64,000 nt of DNA from Octopus vulgaris (lineage: Eukaryota): the NCBI GenBank assembly GCA_951406725.2, contig OX597821.1:47120001-47184000 (forward strand). Reading direction: 5' to 3'. Positions within the stretch are counted from its first letter, which is position 1. Each line of letters opens with the position of its first letter. Positions 55,483-64,000 of the stretch are shown here, piece after piece. The notes beneath the pieces are model-generated. The model did no database searches. It saw only the letters and a program-made list of their open reading frames with translations, and was not told the DNA's origin. The position numbers were made by a program, and so were the translations under genes.

Positions 55483-55640
55483 ACGGCCGGTTTCCACACA
55501 CTTTCCGCCTAATATTTCACTCATCAGGCATTGATCGACCCAAGGATATAACACCGAAGATGTGACGCAGTGGCACAGAACTCGAAACCACGGAGTTGTA
55601 AAGCGAGCTTCGTAACAACGCCGTCATGCTTGCGCCTATG
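55483..55640 (-). mobile_element. SINE family B decayed head
   Basis: ttcactcatcaggcattgatcgacccaagg..acgcagtggcacagaactcgaaacc..tgcgccta. Confidence 0.65.
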
Positions 55641-55698
55641 ATATGTGTGTGTTTATGTGTGTGTGTGTGTGTATGAGTGTGTCTATGTACACACACAC

Positions 55699-55765
<67 letters not shown>

Positions 55766-56134
55766 CGTGTCTATACATAGATGTGTATACATATACACAC
55801 ATATATATATATGAAGTGGATGGGGGTGATAAGAGCGATGTTATTCTCAGAGTTGAAGCTTCTATCTTCCGTACATATACAAACAAATCTCTCAAGTATA
55901 TGAAAATTTACTGCCACAGATACACACGCACGCACACTCACACACACATTCAGATACACTTCCTGTGTTCACATAACACATTCACAACAGAGATGCAAAT
56001 ACGCTCGCCAATGGGCTTTCTAGTACACACACACACACACACACAAACACACTCTGTGCATTTCTCGATGCACTCCCGTACAGTCACTCTCTCTCACTTC
56101 CTCCATCTCTCTTCATTTTCTTTTTTTCCTCTTC

Positions 56135-56165
<31 letters not shown>

Positions 56166-56703
56166 TCCCTCTAAAATACCAACACAAACACACAGACACA
56201 GGCAAACGAAGACAAAACGACATACATCAACACTTGCGCATGCACACACACACCCACTCACTCACGCGCGCGCGCGCAATACATACATACATACATACAT
56301 ACATACCTGCACCTCTTCCATCCATCACAAAATCCAGTACAGTCACGCCTTTGATCACAGATCTGCTGTTCATCCAGGGCAGACTCACAACTATCATCAC
56401 CACAAAAATAACATCAACAACTACAGCAACACCAGCAACGTCAACAACAATGGAACACCTTCCCGCTACATTATCCAACCAAGAACAACAATGACCATTC
56501 CACCGTCACCACTACCATCACGGTTACCACTTTCAATATCACCGAGTGTTATCTCCAACGATAAGTCTATTGTATTACTATTTAGTATTAGTTTTCACAA
56601 CTTGTCGGAAGTGAGTCACTTCCGGTTTGCATCTGGGATCCGGGTTGCTTTGTTTTAAAAAAAATGGGGTGAAGTCACTTTTTGTGTCCGTCGGTATCTC
56701 AGA

Positions 56704-56934
56704 AAGGCGAGCTGGCAGAGACGTTAGCACCTCGGGCGAAAGGCTTAGCGGTATTTCGCCTGTCGTTACGTTCTGAGTTCAAATTCCACCGAGGTCGACT
56801 TTGCCTTTCATCCTTTCGGGGTCGATAAATTAAGAACCAGTTACGCACTGGGGTCGATGTAATCGACTTAATTACCTATGTCTGTCCTCGTTTGTCCCCA
56901 CTGTGTTTAGCCCCTTGTGGGTAATAAAGAAATA
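56704..56934 (+). mobile_element. SINE family A with a perfect 13-bp TSD
   Basis: ggtatctcagaaa at 56693-56705 and 56935-56947. Confidence 0.93.
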
Positions 56935-58010
56935 GGTATCTCAGAAAACCCGCTATCATCCCTAAATGTTCTTCTTTGGTCATTTCATGTTACTCCGAAC
57001 GTGGCTTTGTACCAGTGTGACCATTTTCTGCCGCTTCTAGAATGATGATCCGACGAAGTTTTTTTTTCTGCTGTAGCTGCTTCGTGTAGAAATCTAGGCA
57101 AGCGTGGTCACAATCTCCACTGTGATAAGAAAGACGAACAATGGCTTTAGTTTTTTGAAGCCATTTATTTTCTACTAGTACGTAACAATGTGCAGGCGTA
57201 CACTTGCCATACATTTATATATACACGTAGTACACCTGCAAGATGTTACGTACGAGTAGAAAATAGATGACTCCAAAAATAGATAGAAAATAGATAACAC
57301 CTCCACCACCCTCACCACGAACAACACAACCACCGCTACAACCACACTCACCAACACAACTAACACCATCACCACCACTATCACTGGAAAAATTCTGGAT
57401 AGTCACGGTTAACTATCAAAGTTCCTTTAATGAGAGTTGAACTGGGTCCACCACCAACAGCCCCACCCCAACAAACAACAACAACACCTTCGTCAACAAC
57501 AACAACAGCAGCACCACGGAAAATATATATCACCATTATACACTGTAATTTGACCAGCTAGAAATGTCATTGTGATTGCCTTCATTTCACTGCGCATTCT
57601 GTAAGAAAAGTGGAAGGACATTTTTAAGAATGTAGTCCTAGTGACACCATTTCTGAATAAAGAACTTGCGATGGTCACAACTGAAATGTTTGATAATAAG
57701 TCTACAGAATTTGAGTTGACACAGCACAAAACCAAAAACCAAGGCTACAGATAAGTTCAATGCATGTAAAACATTCTGGAATGTAATCGAAACAATTAAC
57801 ACATTTCAGTTAAATTCTTTTATACCTGAAATAATTTATATCCACATAGTCACATTAAATTTAACACCTTGCCAGACGTCATCTGCATACCCTACTACAC
57901 AAATAGACACACATAGAGAGGAATGTATTAGTTTGATGCACAGTAAAAACAGGGAATTTTTTATGTTTCGAGCATAGCTCTTCGTGTGCAAGGAAAAACA
58001 CACACACACA

Positions 58011-58052
<42 letters not shown>

Positions 58053-58214
58053 AGTGTGTGTGTGTGTTTGTGTGTGTATGTATACATATACATGTATGTA
58101 TATATATATATATAACCACCAAAACAGGCACATACACACGTATATACATAAATATACATGTACACATTCATATATATATATATATTTATATATGTATGTA
58201 TACACACACACACG

Positions 58215-58268
<54 letters not shown>

Positions 58269-58297
58269 TACATATACACACATATATATTACGGAGA

Positions 58298-58450
58298 TGT
58301 ACTTGCATACCAGGTGACCTGAACTGAGATCGTGTGCTAAAGCAAAAACAATTGCAGTGTGGAAGGTGTTTATAAGGCATTTAAGAAACACACAAAAAGT
58401 TTTAGATTTACTTCAACATTTAAATTTAATTTGCTAAAATATTTTCGTCG

Positions 58451-58455
<5 letters not shown>
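58298..58455. mobile_element. Interspersed repeat, uninverted relative of 6762-6950
   Basis: Shared blocks as listed for the 6762 feature. Flanked by (TA)n. Confidence 0.7.
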
Positions 58456-58498
<43 letters not shown>

Positions 58499-58539
58499 TT
58501 ATTCAAATCCACTTATACACATATATATTCGTATATATG

Positions 58540-58600
<61 letters not shown>

Positions 58601-58671
58601 TGTGACCTCGTGTGTACCGTTGGTGATTTTTTTCCTCTGTTTTCCCTTCTCTGGATCTTTCCTTCTCCTAT

Positions 58672-58706
58672 GTTTCCGACGAAGAGCTCCGCTCGAAACG
58701 TTAAAC
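58672..58706 (+). ncRNA. Minimal hammerhead variant (U4C) in (TA)n-flanked cassette 58598-58796
   Basis: gttt-CCGACGA-a-gagc-tcc-gctc-GAAAC-GTT-aaac. Confidence 0.72.
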
Positions 58707-58793
58707 TCTCCTTCTTTCCTGAGCGTCCAATAATACTATATTTGTTCCACGTCCTCGCGTTGTTGTGGTTTGTAGTGCTTTCTTGTTTGGATT

Positions 58794-58847
<54 letters not shown>

Positions 58848-59329
58848 TAGAAGTAACAGAGTGACTCAAGGTCCGAGAGTTTCGTGCGTTTGCACGATGA
58901 TCTGGGAGTTTATATAGCTGGCGATAAATGTACTTCCCTCTGGATTGTTCTAGATCGAATTTTAAAATCATAAAAATTTTACGTGGGTAATTCATATATT
59001 TTGCCCGCTATATCGTCCAGTAAGCAATTATATAAATAAATGAATAAATTATTAAATAAATAAGTAGAGAAAAAGAGAAAGAAAGAAATCTTGTGGGTGT
59101 CATCATACTGTTTGTGTGTCTATGTGTGTATGCATATACACATATGCGTACATAAATACACATTATTGAATGTATATGTTTATATGTATATAAATGTATG
59201 GATATGTACATATGTATTGTATATGTATATATGTGTGTGTTTGTGTGTGTGTGTCTATGTACACACAGACACTCACACACACACACACATTTACACATAA
59301 ATATATTTTTTCAATAAATCATGATTATT

Positions 59330-60290
59330 TATACAGGCTTCTGAAAAATATATCAAACACATCAACATGAACGAAAACAATTCCAATTAAGTAACTGAGA
59401 CAGTGAATGTCATAAAAGCAACGTCATCCCATTACGACATGCAGCAGAAATATAACTCAGGGTAAATGACATCTGAACTGTCATCTCTAGCATCATCATC
59501 ATCACCAAATATGCACTAACACATTAGGTAGAGTATTAAAATAAGTGCTGATACGACTGACATAGTGAGCACATTAACTTCAAGACTTTACTTGCATTGA
59601 GGGGAGTTAAGCACTTTTACCATTAACGCTCACATCACATTGCGGGCTACATTAAGAACTTCAAGTAACATATCCATAGTCCATCACAACTCTGTTATTA
59701 ACACTTTTTTTCGAAATCACCCATCAAGTGCTTCAGAAAATGAAAAAAAATAAACCGCTAGAGACATATGATAGATTTTTTTCCCTCTCATTAGACACCA
59801 GAAAAGAAATAGAAGCTTGCATCTACCTAGTGTTTGAAATATTTATTAACTAATTTTATTAACATTACCAAATCCTCTGAATTAAGAAATTAAGAAAAGT
59901 CATTAACTACAACAAAACCTTTAAAAAACAGCAACATTCTGACCCAACACTTTCCTGTGTGCGCCTCCTAAAATCATAAACTTAGCTTTGACAGTAGCAT
60001 CCCATACATTCCTCTCTTCAACTCACAACACGCTGATAGAGATCATCACGATTACAAAGGTTACACACAAGAAAATGCATCGTGACTTCAGCAAGGGAAA
60101 CAGCAATTTATGCGGCATTTTAACTTTCATCGACATAAATAAAGCTTTCGGCACCATCTGATTACAAAAATAGTAAACGCATTTCTTTCAGACAACTGAG
60201 ACTAAACGCTGACAACCAAATCATATTTCCGGTTACAATGTATATGTAATATAAAACCACAACAAAGACACTGCAATTTAACCACTTTAA
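59330..60290 (+). pseudogene. Old LINE (RTE-like) RT remnant, apparently interrupted by the 60301 mariner
   Basis: ILTFIDINKAFGTI (resembles FIDFxKAFDSI) near 60117-60158. Confidence 0.45.
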
Positions 60291-60300
60291 AAAGCATCGA

Positions 60301-61048
60301 TATAAGCGGTGTTGTCAAAAGCATCCCGAACGCGTTGAATACAGACGTTGAGTACTGACGTGAAGAGTGTGCTGCGCGATTTCTCTTTTTGTGTCAAGAT
60401 GACCGAGTGCGTTGAGCAAAGATACTGTTTCAAATTCTGCCGAAGACTCGGTGATACGCAAGCCCAGACTATCAAGAAGATTCAGAAGGCCTTTAGAGGT
60501 GATGCTATAAGAAAAATACAAATGAAGGAGTGATACAACCGGTTCAAAGATGGCCGCATCTCAGTGGACAGTGAGCCACGTTGTGGCAGACCGTCGACTA
60601 GCAGAAACGACGAAATGATTGCAAAGGTTCGAGGAATACTCTATGGAGACCGTCGTGTGACTATTGAAGAGATTGTTGCCGAAGTTGGGATCAGCCATGG
60701 GTCAGTTCAGTCAGTTCATTCCAGCCACGTTGTTGAAGCATTCCTCGTCAAGCAAAACACACCACTTGTTCGTCAGGATTCCTACTCCCCAGACTTGGCT
60801 CCATGTGACTAAAAAAAAACTCAAAGGGAGAATATTTGAGTTAATAGAAGACATTAAGCAAAACTCGACGGCACAGCTCTACAGTATCCGAAAAAGGGAT
60901 TTTCAGAAATGTTTCCAGCAGTGGCAGGAACGCTGGCAGAAGTGTGTAGGCTCCCAAGGCGAATACTTTGAAGGAGACTAAATGAAAATATTTTAAATAT
61001 TACTTGTTTTTTGGCCAAAGGTCGGATACCTTTTGACTACACTTCATA
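60301..61048 (+). mobile_element. Internally deleted mariner
   Basis: Imperfect TIRs gtgttgtcaaaagcatcccga / tcggataccttttgactacac. MTECVEQRYCFKFC, PRCGRPST, YSPDLAPCD and WQKCVGSQGEYFEGD. Catalytic middle deleted near 60710. Confidence 0.92.
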
Positions 61049-61836
61049 AGCAACATTTTTCACTTCATTCTTCCACACCACCTTAAGATACAAGACGAAA
61101 TATTAGCAAACTTATTGTGAGACCACTAAGTCTAATCTAGTTGATAGCACTTAATGAATTAATGTCACAAGAGTTTCCCCTTCTTTTCAAGCTCTATCCT
61201 CACGGGTTATCCCCGCCTCAGATAACATTACCTTTATGTACTCTGACCATCTCCTGATACTGTTATGCAACTACCCAGCCCTACTTAAATCATCCGAAAA
61301 CGTCACTTCACAGCGACAGACTTAGAATAGCACCTACCCAATCCAATTTTTTCCTTATACCAGCAACACAAGAAAGCATCAACTACAATACAAATCACAC
61401 ACACACGCACACATACACACACAGAGAGAGGAAGAGAGAGAAAGGGAAACAAAAAATTCAAGAGATTGCACACAATTTCTCCATAACACCGACAATATAC
61501 AAAGCAAAACAAGAAAAGCAAAACAACGCACAAAATATTTACATTAATCATGGACACCACATAAACAAAATCCTCCAATTAAAGAAACAACCGCAGCATC
61601 AATGACCGTGCTATTGGTACGGATGTATACCTTCATCAAAAGGTGTTTGGGAGCACCGACTGCCATGCTGTGACCGAGTCAGTCTTGTTCATCTCCACTG
61701 TGGTCAACACTAGACTCGACAAGTGTAGAGGAATAGAGTGGACAGTGGAGACATTGCAATGTGCCCACTCTGTCACACACCACCCTGATACCATTCACCA
61801 CACCTTGCCCAAGTGCTATCAACTATACAGATATAT

Positions 61837-62060
61837 ATTTCTTTACTACCCACAAGGGGCTAAACACAGAGGGGACAAACAAGGACAGACAAAGGGATTA
61901 AGTCGATTCCATCGACCCCAGTGTGTCACTGGTACTTAATTTATTGACCCCGAAAGGATGAAAGGCAAAGTCGACCTCGGCGGAATTTGAACTCAGAACG
62001 TAACTATAGACGAAATACGGCTACGCATTTCGCCCGGCGTGCTACCGTTTCTGCCAGCTC
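61837..62060 (-). mobile_element. SINE family A
   Basis: Reverse complement of the consensus. Confidence 0.92.
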
Positions 62061-62232
62061 AAGATGGGTGTATAGACACACCGCTTCGTTTGGCTGACTG
62101 ACCTTTTATTGTGAAGAAGCTCAAACAGGGCAGATCGGATGTTACACAACAAAAAGCATGTATGCGTGTCAACGAACAAGCCACTAAGCTATGCTTGAAT
62201 TGCTAGAGATAACAGCTATATCTATCTATATC

Positions 62233-62464
62233 AAGGCGGCGAGCTGGCAGAAACGTTAGCACGCCGGGCGAAATGCGTAGCCGTATTTCGTCTGTCGTTA
62301 CGTTCCGAGTTCAAATTCCGCCGAGGTCGACTTTGCCTTTCATCCTTTCGGGGTCGATAAATTAAGTACCAGTTACGCACTGGGGTCGATGTAATCGACT
62401 TAATCCCTTTGTCTGTCCTTGTTTGTCCCTTCTGTGTTTAGTCCCTTGTGGGTAGTAAAGAAAT
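62233..62464 (+). mobile_element. SINE family A
   Basis: Full head-core-tail consensus. Confidence 0.93.
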
Positions 62465-64000
62465 ATATATATCTATCTCATATTACACCCAACAGCATTA
62501 GAAAGGAAGGATAGATTAGATAATGGTTATATAGTAGCATTGTGGCAGGAAAAATAAAAATAAGCGATGGGGGTTGTGGACGAAAGGTTACTCGAGGTTA
62601 AACAACAGCAACAACACTAAGGATGACAACAACAACAACAAAAACAACAACAGTAATGACAGCAGGTGCAACAACAACAAAAACAAACCAAGGAAACAAA
62701 CAATGATACCGTCTTAGTATCTTATGTAGTCCAAGATATACAAAAAAGATGGAATGGTCGCAGTTGGAACGCTAACATTGGTCTGCTCGATTAGATTTAA
62801 TCTGGGGCTATACGGGACAACAACCACCAACAACAACAACGCCACAACTATCACCAAGACCTATGATAACAACAACAACAACAACGACAGCAAAGGCAGT
62901 AGTAGCAGCAGCAGCAGCAGCAGCCGTATTTGCGTTGATTAACAAGGATGAAAGTAGTGAATAGGAAGGTGAATGGCGGAAGTCTGCTGTTCCGTCGTCG
63001 AATCCCCTGCTATCAACTTCCTGTAATAAGGCGTGTTCCAGAGAGTGTAGCCCCCTCCACCACACTTTACACACACACACACAGAACACAAGACTTAATA
63101 CACGCACACACACTCACACACGCGCACGCAAGGACGCACACACACACGCACACATTCATACAAACACAATCTTCAAGGTGGGATGGGTAGTCAGATGTAT
63201 TTCAATCCCGGTATACTCTTTCACTTCCCCTCGACGCTTCTACTCTCTCTCTCTCCCCTTTTCTCTTTCTCTCTTTCTCTTTCTCTCAGTCTCTCCCTGT
63301 CTCTCTCTTTACCTCTCTTCTTCTCTGTATATTTATATATATATATATATATAATAAATAAATAAAATATATGCATATATACATACATATATGTACATAC
63401 TTACATCTACATGTATATATACAAGCATATATATATATGAGTACAGGACACCACAAATAAAGGTAGAACACAACGAGAAACGAAAACATAAAATCAAAAC
63501 AAGGAAACGGACTTTTTTTAACAACGAAAAACAGAGTACAAGACAAACAACACAAGGAAAATTCCCCTTCATCAACTGCCCCTGGTTCGACTCAATGCGT
63601 GTTTCGAAGGTAATATACGTGTGTGTGTGTGCGTGCGTGTGTGTGTGTATGTGTCTGTGTGTGTGTGTGTAAGTTGTTATTAATCCAAAGAAGTGGAGGA
63701 ATAGAAAAAGAATTTAAATTGAAAATACAGAGAGAATAAATTAGAATTAATTTGAATTTAATTATATTTTGAAATAGAGGAATGCACATGACTGGTTTCA
63801 AAATAGATCTTTAAAAGTCTTTTATGTAAAGTGTTGTGTCACAGATTATGTTTATTCTTGCTATTATTACAAAAATGGTTTGTTTTTAAAGAAGGAATGT
63901 AGCTCAGAGCGCTATCCATTACAGTACAAATTGATTGATCAGCGTACATGGATTACACTCTCGTGGCAGTCGCGCTGGAAGGTCACATCAACGAACATGT

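Noticed and set aside
55645-56658. 337-aa ORF
   Set aside because: Runs through TG, TA, CA and CT microsatellites; it is stop-free because of repeat composition.
58860-58910. gtgc-aaac-gcac-GAAAC on the minus strand, related to 20835-20865
   Set aside because: The core reads CAGATCA and stem I does not pair. Too degenerate to call.
62690-63030. Possible minus-strand exon after a ttattacag acceptor (also cttacag near 57600)
   Set aside because: No convincing donor or protein similarity; low-complexity content.
63440-63615. Minus-strand GAAAC..GTC..TTGATGA-agggg as a possible permuted (type II) hammerhead; similar layout near 2320-2365
   Set aside because: Stem I and stem III cannot be formed convincingly and the core is mutated. 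Probably a PLE-type cassette, but unsupported as a ribozyme.

Overview
This is eukaryotic, AT-rich, microsatellite-saturated non-coding DNA (intergenic or inside a very large intron). The repeat complement (tRNA-headed SINEs, dense TA/CA/GATA/ACAT tracts) suggests an octopus genome; that is inference and no search was run. I see no intact host CDS, and the long ORFs in the track are simple-repeat or transposon artefacts. Mobile DNA includes five mariner elements (one young, with perfect 37-bp TIRs, 13169-14460), maT/Tc1 fragments, R4/Dong, RTE and L1/Tx1-like LINE remnants, three SINE families (some with TSDs), a Helitron-like end and a DINE/HINE-like element. The most notable signal is about ten type-I hammerhead ribozyme motifs in short, mostly (TA)n-flanked cassettes on both strands. 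Three have intact catalytic cores and two related copies show stem covariation. Several fold-back palindromes occur in the same setting. Together these suggest many truncated Penelope-like or retrozyme-like elements targeting TA microsatellites. There is also a candidate 7-nt micro-exon with a perfect TACTAAC branch point. Coordinates were read by eye and the ends of degenerate elements are approximate.
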